A stretch of DNA of 60,971 nucleotides from an uncultured virus (IMG/VR IMGVR_UViG_3300038423_000674) (Duplodnaviria > Heunggongvirae > Uroviricota > Caudoviricetes), in the IMG/VR virus record IMGVR_UViG_3300038423_000674; one strand, 5' to 3'. The notes under the pieces were generated by a model, which saw only the letters and a list, made by a program, of their open reading frames with translations, had not been told where the DNA came from and did no database searches. Made by a program: the position numbers and the translations under genes. Below, piece after piece: positions 46,201 to 54,720 of the stretch. Each line of letters opens with the position of its first letter. The stretch's first letter is position 1.

Positions 46201-47446
46201 TGACGGAGGAGGTATTGAACGGGTCGCTGGTCCCGTTGCCGCTTGCGTTGTCCACCTGGCTCATGGCGGACACCGACTGGCTCACCCTGGCGAACCATTC
46301 CCTGACGCTCATGTTGGACAGCTCTATGGCCACGGGGTCGATGAGCAGGTCGCGGGGCTCCGAGCGGGGGGTCAAGTCGAGGTCCGGGTAGAGCTGCGTC
46401 ATGTAGGCAATGAGCCGGCCGGCGATGTCCTCCTTGCGCTGGAGGGCGAGGAAGTCGGTGGGGCTGACCAGGGACAGGTCGGCAAACCCACACGTCACGG
46501 GCCCGTTCTGCTGGGATTCGAACACCACGCTGGTCAACGGATCCTGAACGACCGTCGAGAGCATGGCATAGAACTTGGCTGCCCCGTTGACCGCCGAGGG
46601 CAGTATGTCCACGTAGTTGTAGGTGAACTCCTGCGTCTGGTTGACCGTGGTGATAACCTGCGTGCCGGTCTTCGGGTCGTAGCTCGTGGAGGTGGAGCTG
46701 TCGATGACCTGCGTGCTGGTACGGCTGACCGCGCTGGTGGGGACCACGTCCCCGTACTGGACGTACGGCGGGCTGACCCCGGCAGGGTCGGTGGAGAGCA
46801 TGACCTTGGTCCCCATGGTCCCCGGGAAGGTCGGCATCAGCCATTCCACCCGGCAGGCCACCTGGGACTTGTAGGAGCTTATGCCGCTCGGGGGGCCGAT
46901 TACGGCGCTGGAGCCGCTGACGAACGGTATGACGGTGAAGCCGACCGTGGGGCTCACCTCGTAGAGGCCCATGTTCTTCCACGTGGTGCCGCCGTCCTGC
47001 GTGATGGTGGCGGGGAGGTCCTGGGCGATCCCCGCAGGGGTGAAGACGACGGGCTGGGAGGCCCCGGTGGGCCCGGTGGCCGCCGTGACGGCCTGCACGT
47101 ACCCGTTGGCGTCCACGAACCGGAAGCCCACGGCATACAGGGTCCTACCCGCCCACGTCATTATCTGCATGGGATCGTAGTTCCTGGCCAGGAACTGGAG
47201 GACCGCCTGCTCGCCCTGCGTGTCTATGGCTATGGTGCCGACGAAATGCGTCTTTCCGGACACGGGGGGCAGGGGTGCGCCGTTTATGGTGACGGTCCCG
47301 TAGATCGAGACCTCAAGCCGGACGTAGGAGGAGTCGGCCAGGACGTCGTATGGAAGGACGGTCGAGTCCACCGACATGGAGGTGGCTCCAGCCTGGAGGA
47401 CCGGCGTGACGAGCGTCAAGGCGCTTCCCGAGATTGGTGGCTGCAT
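43223..47446 (-). CDS. Baseplate J-like wedge protein
   Basis: DLLIDP, G.S.GL.R, FGQDDE, GTRDGY, GCVDVYV, EIVAQVQAVPGVKSV. Confidence 0.82.
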   Translation of the reverse strand: MQPPISGSALTLVTPVLQAGATSMSVDSTVLPYDVLADSSYVRLEVSIYGTVTINGAPLPPVSGKTHFVGTIAIDTQGEQAVLQFLARNYDPMQIMTWAGRTLYAVGFRFVDANGYVQAVTAATGPTGASQPVVFTPAGIAQDLPATITQDGGTTWKNMGLYEVSPTVGFTVIPFVSGSSAVIGPPSGISSYKSQVACRVEWLMPTFPGTMGTKVMLSTDPAGVSPPYVQYGDVVPTSAVSRTSTQVIDSSTSTSYDPKTGTQVITTVNQTQEFTYNYVDILPSAVNGAAKFYAMLSTVVQDPLTSVVFESQQNGPVTCGFADLSLVSPTDFLALQRKEDIAGRLIAYMTQLYPDLDLTPRSEPRDLLIDPVAIELSNMSVREWFARVSQSVSAMSQVDNASGNGTSDPFNTSSVKQQISRAFGLSANDTQTLIDKQFDILGESVGLVRGGATSSVVTLTFYTYVKPTVTVSFPVGILCATVPDGNTPSLTFMTTGSAVVDKGSAASFYDPVNGWWAVSVPASCQTAGSTTNAGAGTIRTIGSGAPAGWNITNPVAATFGQDDEINSKFASRIAVRQVTGVDSGTRDGYLTAALATPGVVAGEVVAAGDVEMQRDWDPIRQKHVFGCVDVYVQGNTSSEEDDIVAFRYQNSGTYGAYTSYLFLTLVSKSSQLVKFQIGSAAFRALPWQPYQGVELLVSSLTGQFFLGLGKAQFNNTDGFLILDPGDMAYQVTGSGPTQAYVPFLINGVPATNLAAVTYAGGSANYSLLARIQSPLSDVPENQPVMKVNSVVGQAGYTGAVPEALVTLVHHSDFLLDGGSNRAGDTAQVPSTASSPLILTIEASVPGGVPLPVLIDSGMDLPVDTNGVPGNVLSVRSTDSSILYSFGPGGDYVIVPAGPYRTYALLPQVKSVAITQVSISGNVLTVACANDFGTGAPILLGGIPAANAAAFLNGETVVVVASTGTAFTATYPGSDLPATAVTGTATGSAIQDQQKVVVAYNKFVVSESLSFASGEALTLNGSIPSALANQGFIQNAWQPPTYGTSYVNPLGDTVDGTVLVLDVDLIAARVPYASRYVKVLFQNGQDPPTYETMVEGVDFILAVDPISGLATIQRNTSVSGTSRIPDGGQVLVSYFYNEAFTVATEYPAFVPILANRIASTKHADADVLVKAMVANPVDVTLTVVLEQGISASTIDPAVRTAIDTVLDNAETTLYQSEIVAQVQAVPGVKSVVLPLTKCAKSDGSYDVAVVIPTGTAWTPLSQDPAFTGLAVPSNSFISSGQILPDSTVPSGGPADAFVGLLYQGQEYARATSVRDFLDNAATPSVSSENGSFYIIGANDQVSASAPLAASYAQKVILTIPADTPTPSLKSYFVTYVVEGETTASDVVLSSTEYVVPGRVTIGYVASGS

Positions 47447-48219
47447 CAGTTCCCTACCCTGTCTCTAGTAGACGATACCGTGAAATTGACCGGCAGCGGG
47501 GAGGACTGCACCCCGTAGCTGGTGATCGAGCACTCCACGCTCACCGACGTCGGGTCGGGCATGGAGGAGGATATCCCCGTCACGTCCTTGAGCATCTCCT
47601 GGAGGCTCAGGTCCTGGACGGTCCTCTGGGCGGCCTGCACGCTCTTAATGTCCTGGAGGGCGTCCAGGATTTGCGAGGACACGTCCGCCTCCGTTATGGC
47701 GTTGCCAAACTTCTTCCCCACGTAGTCCTTGATCTTGCAGGTGAACTGGGGATAGAAGGAGCACCTGGAGGTCAGCACGAACTTCAGCACCTTCTGGATC
47801 AGCTTGTCGGTGTTCACGACCCTCAGGAGCCCCCCGATCCCCGACATCTTGAGGTCGTTGAGCTGCCCCTGGGCGCTGCACCTCAGGCAGTACGGCTGGC
47901 GGGTGATGTACCCCGCCTCGATCAGGGGGACGAACCAGCGCACCGGCTTCCTGAACATGACCTTGTAGAACTGGTCGTTGGTCTGCAGCCGGTTCTCGTC
48001 CGCCAGGATGTCGTACCCGTAGGTCGGGTCGTCGGGCTGGACGAGGGTCCCGCTGATGCGCAGGGTGAGGGTGCTCTGCCCGTTTATGGGTGCCCTCATG
48101 TTGAGGGAGGTGTTCGCGGCCAGGTGGAGCGTCCTGAAGTCCTTCGCGTCGACGATGTACCTCTCCTCCGAGATGACATGGGGGCAGGGGGCCGTCCGCG
48201 TGTTGAAGTCGTAGCTCAT
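47446..48219 (-). CDS. Baseplate gp25/GPW-like protein with a CxxC insert
   Basis: DKLIQKVLKFVLT...FYPQFTC; directly upstream of the J-like gene. Confidence 0.65.
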   Translation of the reverse strand: MSYDFNTRTAPCPHVISEERYIVDAKDFRTLHLAANTSLNMRAPINGQSTLTLRISGTLVQPDDPTYGYDILADENRLQTNDQFYKVMFRKPVRWFVPLIEAGYITRQPYCLRCSAQGQLNDLKMSGIGGLLRVVNTDKLIQKVLKFVLTSRCSFYPQFTCKIKDYVGKKFGNAITEADVSSQILDALQDIKSVQAAQRTVQDLSLQEMLKDVTGISSSMPDPTSVSVECSITSYGVQSSPLPVNFTVSSTRDRVGN

Positions 48220-48923
48220 GGGTCGATCTGCCCCCTGTCCACTACCCCGAGGGGCGTCCCGACCGGGCTGTGGTTCACCTGCTCAAGCTCGAAGATCGTG
48301 GGCGGGTCGGCAGGATGCACCCTGGCATACGGCTGGCCCTTGTATAGGACGGTGTCGTCGACCAGCACGGTCTGGTACTCGGGCTTGGAGAAGTAGCCAT
48401 CGACCTTGGAGAGGATGGCCTGCAGGCCCTCGGGGCTGCCCTGGTCGGCATCCGCGGGGGGATTGACGAAGTCGTTGGCGTACTGGGCCCAGTCCTCGTG
48501 CTTCTCGACGAGGCAGCGGACCTGGTTCATGTAGTAGACCGCGTCCTCGTGCCTCTGGAGCATCTCCTTCATCTGCCTTTTCACCTTCCCCACCAGGACC
48601 ATGGGAAGCTGGTCGTCCCCGGAGGCGTAGTTGAAGTGCCCCTGCTCCCCGGGCTGCCACGTCTCCTTGCGGAAGGTCGGGGCCAGCTTCTCCCCGTACG
48701 TTCCCTGCTCGCTGGGATACACCGAGGAATAGTACTCCTCCAGGATGCCCGCCGTCTTGCGGAGCTGCTGGGCACGGATGCGGTGGAAGGTCGAGACCTC
48801 CCCCACGTCCCCCTGGCGCAGGCCCGCCCACTTCTTCATCGCCTGCCACTGGGTCATCGAGAAATTCCCGAGCCAGTTGAAGGGCGGCCCGGCGTAGCCG
48901 TATTTCCAAGGATATCCCGCCAT
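48216..48923 (-). CDS. Probable baseplate or structural protein
   Basis: ATGA-coupled within the structural operon. Confidence 0.55.
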   Translation of the reverse strand: MAGYPWKYGYAGPPFNWLGNFSMTQWQAMKKWAGLRQGDVGEVSTFHRIRAQQLRKTAGILEEYYSSVYPSEQGTYGEKLAPTFRKETWQPGEQGHFNYASGDDQLPMVLVGKVKRQMKEMLQRHEDAVYYMNQVRCLVEKHEDWAQYANDFVNPPADADQGSPEGLQAILSKVDGYFSKPEYQTVLVDDTVLYKGQPYARVHPADPPTIFELEQVNHSPVGTPLGVVDRGQIDP

Positions 48924-48972
48924 TTTAACCCTAGCTTGCCTAAACCAGCCGATTTGACCCGCAGGTCAGGTC

Positions 48973-51900
48973 CTAGCCGCGATTAGCGGTTATCGTGGCG
49001 ACCGCCCCGCTGATGTACGAGATGGCCTGGGCGAAAAGCATGCTGGTGCCGCCCATGTACGTGACGACGCCCCCCACCGTCATGCTCAGGACGGAGACGA
49101 CGGTCCCCGTGCCGGACGGGAACTGGGCCTCTATCGTCCATCCCGTCAGCCATCCGCCGCCGTCGTAGTTCGGGGTGACTCCCACGACCGTGACCCCGTT
49201 GCTCATGGTGGCGGAGGCCGATATGCTGTTCCCGGTCCCGCTGGCCGTCCCCTGCTGCTGCGGCGAGAAGGGCTTGCTGAGGGCGACGACGATGTTGCTG
49301 TAGTTGGGGACTTTGTAGGTCACCGACATCGTCACATAGTACACGCCCAAAGAAGTGCTCCCGAGCGACACGACCGTGATCCACAAGCCGAAAATTGATG
49401 CGTTTAAGTTGGTCGGCGTCAGGTTGGTGAACCCAAACGTCTCGGTCGGCGATCCAAAGGTGATGGTTCCTGCACTGGAGGGCCAGGATAGATTGCCGAC
49501 CGTCTGAACTTGATTTCCGACGAAAACCACCACAGTGCTGAGTGTCGGAGAAATACCCCCAATCAACTGTCTCTTGATCGTTATCGACAGACCCGTGATC
49601 GTGGCGTTCAACGGTATGTTGAACCCGAAGTCCTGGGCTACGAGTTCCGGGGCTCCTTGATTGTTGAGCTGGACGCTTGCATATGCATCGGTGTTCGCCT
49701 CGATGGCGGACGCATTGGTCCATCCAGTTCCACTCCTCGGGAAGTTAGGACCTGCAGTTACCGTGGAGATGTTGCTCGTCGGTATGGTCAGAGGGTTCGG
49801 CGTGACGGACGCCACCGTGGGCTTGACCATGTAGAGGACCGGGAGCGCCTGGCTTTTCCCCCCTCCTCCCGAGGTCACGGCGAACGTGTCGAAGCTCTTG
49901 TTCGCCGAGTTGAACCAGGCAATGTCCTCGTCCGACAGGGCGAGGTTGGTGAGGGCCACGTGCGAATCGAAGCCCGCCCCGCCGTAGGACAGGGAGAAGT
50001 TCGTGCCGTCGAACCCGAAGCCCACCTTCCCCTGGTAGCTGCTGTTGTCCCCCGTCAGGGAGAAGTCCGCCGTCGCCGCGGAGGGCTTGTCGACGTTCTG
50101 CCCGTTGTACTGCTGGAACGTGAAGGTCGGGTTGTTCGGATCGTTGTATACCGGCAAACTTGCGCTTGTCCCTTCGAGCAGGGGGACGCCGTAGGCCGGG
50201 ATGGATCCGTTGCCCGGGGCGGGCCGGAGCGCCCCGTTGGCATAGACTATCCAGGTGAACGACCCGGAGGCGTTGATCCCGCCCACGTCCGTGACGCCCA
50301 CGTTCAGCGTGTTGCTCCCGATGAAGCCCGACGCAAAGGGTCCGCTAAGCCTGATGTATGCCGTGCCTCCGGATACTGATTCGACGACCGACGTATAGCC
50401 GGATGGGACCGTCACGAGGAGCTGGCTCGGGGAGGTGGCGATCACGCCCGTGGCAACGATGTAGAACGAGCGGTTCGTACGGGGGCTAATGGTATCGGCA
50501 TTGCCCGTGGCGACGTATCCAAGGATTCCCAGGCTGAGCGAGTCGACGTAGTCCACCCCGGCATGCAGGGTAAGACCGACATTGACGGGGAGCACAAACG
50601 CCTTCTGCACGACGGTGCTCGCGCCGTCCGTGACCTGCACCGTGATGTTCACGTTCCCGGCCACATTGGTCGTCCCGCTGATCGTGCCGCCCGAGCTCAG
50701 GGACAGGCCAGTCGGCAGGGACCCGCCCACTAGGGCCCATGCGTAGGGAGGCGTACCGCCCGTGGCCGCCAGGATCGTGGAGTACGCCACCCCTGCCGTC
50801 GCGCTGGGGAGCGGGGAGGCGGTGGATATGGCAAGCGTACTGGACGATGCCGTGATCGTGAAGTCGTCGCTCGCCGTATCGGCCGGGCTCATGGCATCGG
50901 ATACCTGCACGGTGAAGGTCCAAGTATTGTTCACGCCGGGCGTGCCCGTGAGGACGCCGCCGCTGCTCAGGCTGAACGGGAAGCCGCCCGGGGAGGCCGT
51001 GATGGCCCACGTGTAGGAGGGGGTGCCCCCGCTCGGGGAGCCGCCGCCTGAGGCGGCGAACTGGAACGGGCTTCCTCCCGGCTGGTAGGCCGTGCCCACG
51101 ACCGCCGTGGGAAGGGGGGACAGGGTGGTTATCGCCAGGTTGGACGACGCGATGAGGCTGAGCGTGGCGGTCGCCATGTGGCCCGCGATGTCCACGGCCT
51201 GGACCTTGACGAGGTATCCGGCGAACGCCGCCCCCGTGTAGAGCCCGACGATGCGTGCGGTCGCCCCGCTGTCCGACGAGCTGGGGGTCAGCGTGAGGCC
51301 GGACGGAAGCGGGTTGGGGGAATCCGCGGTGACCGTCCACGACACCGGCGTCGTGAACGTGCCGTCGACCGCCGGGGTCCCCAGGTAGAACGACCCACGG
51401 TTGATCGTCCCCACGCCGCTCGGGTCAATGGTCATCCCCGCGACTGCGCCGACCGTGACGGGCAGGCTCGTGGTGGGCGTGGGCACGTAGGTCGAGTCGG
51501 TGACCTGGAACGTCACGTACTCCGTGCCGTACCCGCTGTCGGCGGTAGTGCCCGAGATGACCCCGGAATCGTTCATAGTGATGCTGGTGGGCAGCGAGCC
51601 AACGGTCACGGACCAGTGGTATGGAGGAATCCCGCCCGCCGCCTGCATCGTGAACGAGTAGGGGCTGGCGAGGGTTATGGGGGCGACGGCGGTCGTGGTG
51701 ATGACCAGGGCGTTGTTCACGCTGAGGGTGACGACCCTCGTTACCACGGTCCCGTTGCTGTCGGTGAGCGTGAAGGTGACGTTATAGTTGTGCCCGTTGA
51801 GCGTGGCGTCGGTGACGGTCCCCGAGAGCACCCCGGTGGACGCATCGAGGGTTATGTAGGGCACCAATGCCGCCGCGCTGGACGCCATGTCGCTCGACCA

Positions 51901-54711
51901 CGTGTAGGCGGGGACGCCCCCGTATCCCTGCAGGGCCTGGGAATATGCCTGGTTGATGACGATGGCGGGAAGGGTGGAGGTCAGTATCACCAGCGGGGTG
52001 GCATACGTCACGGCGAGCCTCTGGTAGACGTACGCCGAATGCCCGTCCACGTTGGCCGCCTTGATCCACAGGTCGAAGTACCCCGCCTCCGCGGGGGTCC
52101 CGCTCAGGACGACGCTCGTGCCGGTGACGGAGAGCGACAGCCCGGCGGGGAGGACGCCGCGATAGACCGACGCCGAGGCCAGGTTGGACGAGGACGTGGT
52201 GGTGATGGTCCCGGTGTAGACCTTCTGTATGCTGCCGGAAGGGAGGCCGGAACTGAGCGTGAAGGCGCTCGCCAGCGTGTCCCAATAGACCGTGACGGTC
52301 CCCTGGACCACGCCGTTGGAGTCCACGTATTCCAGGATGCTGGCATTGCCCCCGCCGAGGAGCGACCCGTACGTGCCCACCAGCGTCCCGTAGACCAGGC
52401 CCGTGTCCTGGTCGAGGGAAATCCCGGGGGGAAGCGCCGAGCCGGACTGCACCCTGACGACGATGCCGGGCGTGATGGAAATCTCGGGCGAATTGAAATA
52501 GGGCCTCCGCGGGTTAAGCGCGACGAAGTCGCCCACGATGTAGGGGCGGGTGTACGTCGACACCAGGGCGCTCTGCGTCAGCAGGGTGAATTCCTGCGAG
52601 ATGGTCGTCACGATGGCAGCGCCGTTCGTCAGCGGGAACGGGAAGCGGACTTCCGAGTTGCAGAAGGCGCTCGGCGGCCCGATTACCTCCACGGCGGGGG
52701 CCGCGAGCGGCGGGGAGACCGGGGGCGACGTGGAGGGCGGGGAGGACGGATAGACGGTGGCCGTCAGGCCGCTGGGCCGGGAGAAGGAGGCCGATGGGAT
52801 GACCAGCGACCTTCCGAAGTTGAGCTGGAATCCCCCGAGCTGTCCCTCTATCGGATAGCCCAGGGACTCGGTGTCGCCGGTCCCCCAGTCGTGGTCGAAG
52901 GCTGGCTGGGACACCACGATGTTGCTGACCTCCCGGCCTACCGTGTAGTAGACGGTCTTGGACGCCGTGGCAGAAGCGCTGTCCTGGATCGTCACGACGA
53001 AGTAGTGCGTCCCGGCCTTCGTGTTGGGGACGTTGATCTCGACCTCGAACTGCCCGCCTTCCAAAGCCTCGGCATTGGCGGGAGGATAGGGAGGGGAGAG
53101 GGAGAACATCCCGTCGTCCGAGAAGCCCGTGACGGTGTAGGGCGACTTGCCCCCGAATATCGGGATCTCCATCCGGAAGGACTGCCCCGCGTAGATGAGG
53201 GGCTGGTCGGGGAGCCCGACCTGGAGGGCGGCGGGGGACAGCACGATTGAGTAGGTCTTGGATGCCAGCGCCCCCACGGCGTCCTGGACCTGGAGCGTGA
53301 CGGAGAAGGGCCCGCCGAAGTCCTGGAGGCTGTACGTGCAGGGCACGCCGGAGATCAAGCCGGTGCTCTGGTTAAGGGTGATGCCAACCGGGAATTTCCC
53401 TCCCTGGACGGACCAAGTGAAGGGGAAGAGGCCCCCCGTGTTCGTCATCTGGACGCTGTAGGGAGCCAGCACCACGGCACCGGGGAGGGAGGCCGTGACG
53501 ATGGCCAAGTCCGTTGGTATGGCGAAGACGAGCGTGGTCTCTGCGATGAAGGCCGGGACGCTGCCATCCATGACGGAAAAATCCACCGTGAAGTTCCCGA
53601 GCCGGGTGGGGGTGCCGGATATCGTCCCGTCGATGCTCATCTGGAGGCCGGGGGGGAGCCCGTTGGAAAACCAGCTATAGGGGGCGATGCCTCCCGAGGC
53701 CGCCATCTTGAAGTCCAGCATGGGCTTGCCGATGTAGGAGTTCCCGGGCAGGGCGGTCGTCTGAATCTTGACCGGGGAGGAGGAGCTTGCGGCGGCCGTG
53801 ACCTCCGCGAGCGGCTCCACGAGCTCGGTGGCCTGCGGGCGTCCGGAAAGCGGGAACACATCCAGGGCCATGGTCCCCAGGAGGCTGCTGGCATTGGAGA
53901 AGCGGCTCGTGGCGACCAGCAGCTTGAGCTCGTTCGTGATGGTGTCGCGGACGAGGCTGCGAACGATGACCTCGTACGGGGCGGGGACGGCGACCGCGCC
54001 GGTGCCCGTTATCTCGAACCCCTGCTCGCCGCCGACGCCCAGGGTGCCGGTGATGGCGGTGCTGGCCGAGGCGCTCCACTGCTGGTTCACGACGAACACG
54101 GAGAAGGCGAAGGAGCGGGTCAGCTTCACCGGGGGGCTGGCGGCGCTGTAGTCGCACTGCGTCTGCACGACGATGTTCTGCTGGCCCGGCGTGTTGAAAA
54201 TCTTGGCCACGACGCGGTTGGTGATGGGCAGCCATCCCGACGAGGTGCCGTCCTGGTAGAGCACCTGCCATCCGCTGATGGGGTTGCCGCTGACGTTCGT
54301 CGTCGGGTAGGCACTGGCCAGCGTGATGGTCAGGGTCTGCCCGAGGAACAGCGTCGGGTTGTCGTACGACACGTTGCCGTTGAGGTCGGGCGGGAACGTA
54401 TGGGCGCTGTCCCATATGTTGCCGATGTAGAGCGGCGGGCTGGCGACGGGCAGGGCCGCCATGTCGATGGAGTAGTCCCCCACGTGGAGGGTGTCCTCCC
54501 ACGACGGGCTGCTGACCGTCCCGCCGAAGTCGAGGCCGTTGGTGAACGTCGTCGTGGGGGCGTTTGTCGGGGGGGTGGCGACGGATACGTTCCATCCCTC
54601 GTAGGCGGAATATCCCCCGCCGACCTCGGGCGGCACCCAGTTAACCGCAAGCAAGTAGGCTTGGTCGATGTCGGCGATGGTCGGGGCAAGCGGAAGCGTA
54701 ATCAGGCTCAT
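48973..54711 (-). CDS. Large tail fibre or adhesin with tandem Ig-like (He_PIG-type) domains
   Basis: Repeated L.I.T..LP....Y...GG.PPY.W....LP.G.....G.ISGTP units. Confidence 0.85.
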   Translation of the reverse strand: MSLITLPLAPTIADIDQAYLLAVNWVPPEVGGGYSAYEGWNVSVATPPTNAPTTTFTNGLDFGGTVSSPSWEDTLHVGDYSIDMAALPVASPPLYIGNIWDSAHTFPPDLNGNVSYDNPTLFLGQTLTITLASAYPTTNVSGNPISGWQVLYQDGTSSGWLPITNRVVAKIFNTPGQQNIVVQTQCDYSAASPPVKLTRSFAFSVFVVNQQWSASASTAITGTLGVGGEQGFEITGTGAVAVPAPYEVIVRSLVRDTITNELKLLVATSRFSNASSLLGTMALDVFPLSGRPQATELVEPLAEVTAAASSSSPVKIQTTALPGNSYIGKPMLDFKMAASGGIAPYSWFSNGLPPGLQMSIDGTISGTPTRLGNFTVDFSVMDGSVPAFIAETTLVFAIPTDLAIVTASLPGAVVLAPYSVQMTNTGGLFPFTWSVQGGKFPVGITLNQSTGLISGVPCTYSLQDFGGPFSVTLQVQDAVGALASKTYSIVLSPAALQVGLPDQPLIYAGQSFRMEIPIFGGKSPYTVTGFSDDGMFSLSPPYPPANAEALEGGQFEVEINVPNTKAGTHYFVVTIQDSASATASKTVYYTVGREVSNIVVSQPAFDHDWGTGDTESLGYPIEGQLGGFQLNFGRSLVIPSASFSRPSGLTATVYPSSPPSTSPPVSPPLAAPAVEVIGPPSAFCNSEVRFPFPLTNGAAIVTTISQEFTLLTQSALVSTYTRPYIVGDFVALNPRRPYFNSPEISITPGIVVRVQSGSALPPGISLDQDTGLVYGTLVGTYGSLLGGGNASILEYVDSNGVVQGTVTVYWDTLASAFTLSSGLPSGSIQKVYTGTITTTSSSNLASASVYRGVLPAGLSLSVTGTSVVLSGTPAEAGYFDLWIKAANVDGHSAYVYQRLAVTYATPLVILTSTLPAIVINQAYSQALQGYGGVPAYTWSSDMASSAAALVPYITLDASTGVLSGTVTDATLNGHNYNVTFTLTDSNGTVVTRVVTLSVNNALVITTTAVAPITLASPYSFTMQAAGGIPPYHWSVTVGSLPTSITMNDSGVISGTTADSGYGTEYVTFQVTDSTYVPTPTTSLPVTVGAVAGMTIDPSGVGTINRGSFYLGTPAVDGTFTTPVSWTVTADSPNPLPSGLTLTPSSSDSGATARIVGLYTGAAFAGYLVKVQAVDIAGHMATATLSLIASSNLAITTLSPLPTAVVGTAYQPGGSPFQFAASGGGSPSGGTPSYTWAITASPGGFPFSLSSGGVLTGTPGVNNTWTFTVQVSDAMSPADTASDDFTITASSSTLAISTASPLPSATAGVAYSTILAATGGTPPYAWALVGGSLPTGLSLSSGGTISGTTNVAGNVNITVQVTDGASTVVQKAFVLPVNVGLTLHAGVDYVDSLSLGILGYVATGNADTISPRTNRSFYIVATGVIATSPSQLLVTVPSGYTSVVESVSGGTAYIRLSGPFASGFIGSNTLNVGVTDVGGINASGSFTWIVYANGALRPAPGNGSIPAYGVPLLEGTSASLPVYNDPNNPTFTFQQYNGQNVDKPSAATADFSLTGDNSSYQGKVGFGFDGTNFSLSYGGAGFDSHVALTNLALSDEDIAWFNSANKSFDTFAVTSGGGGKSQALPVLYMVKPTVASVTPNPLTIPTSNISTVTAGPNFPRSGTGWTNASAIEANTDAYASVQLNNQGAPELVAQDFGFNIPLNATITGLSITIKRQLIGGISPTLSTVVVFVGNQVQTVGNLSWPSSAGTITFGSPTETFGFTNLTPTNLNASIFGLWITVVSLGSTSLGVYYVTMSVTYKVPNYSNIVVALSKPFSPQQQGTASGTGNSISASATMSNGVTVVGVTPNYDGGGWLTGWTIEAQFPSGTGTVVSVLSMTVGGVVTYMGGTSMLFAQAISYISGAVATITANRG

Positions 54712-54720
54712 GGTTTTACC

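Noticed and set aside
43964..47518. Long antisense ORFs (1184 aa here; also 54826-57537, 51178-53250, 13274-14908)
   Set aside because: Shadow frames of GC3-rich genes on the opposite strand, with no recognisable motifs.
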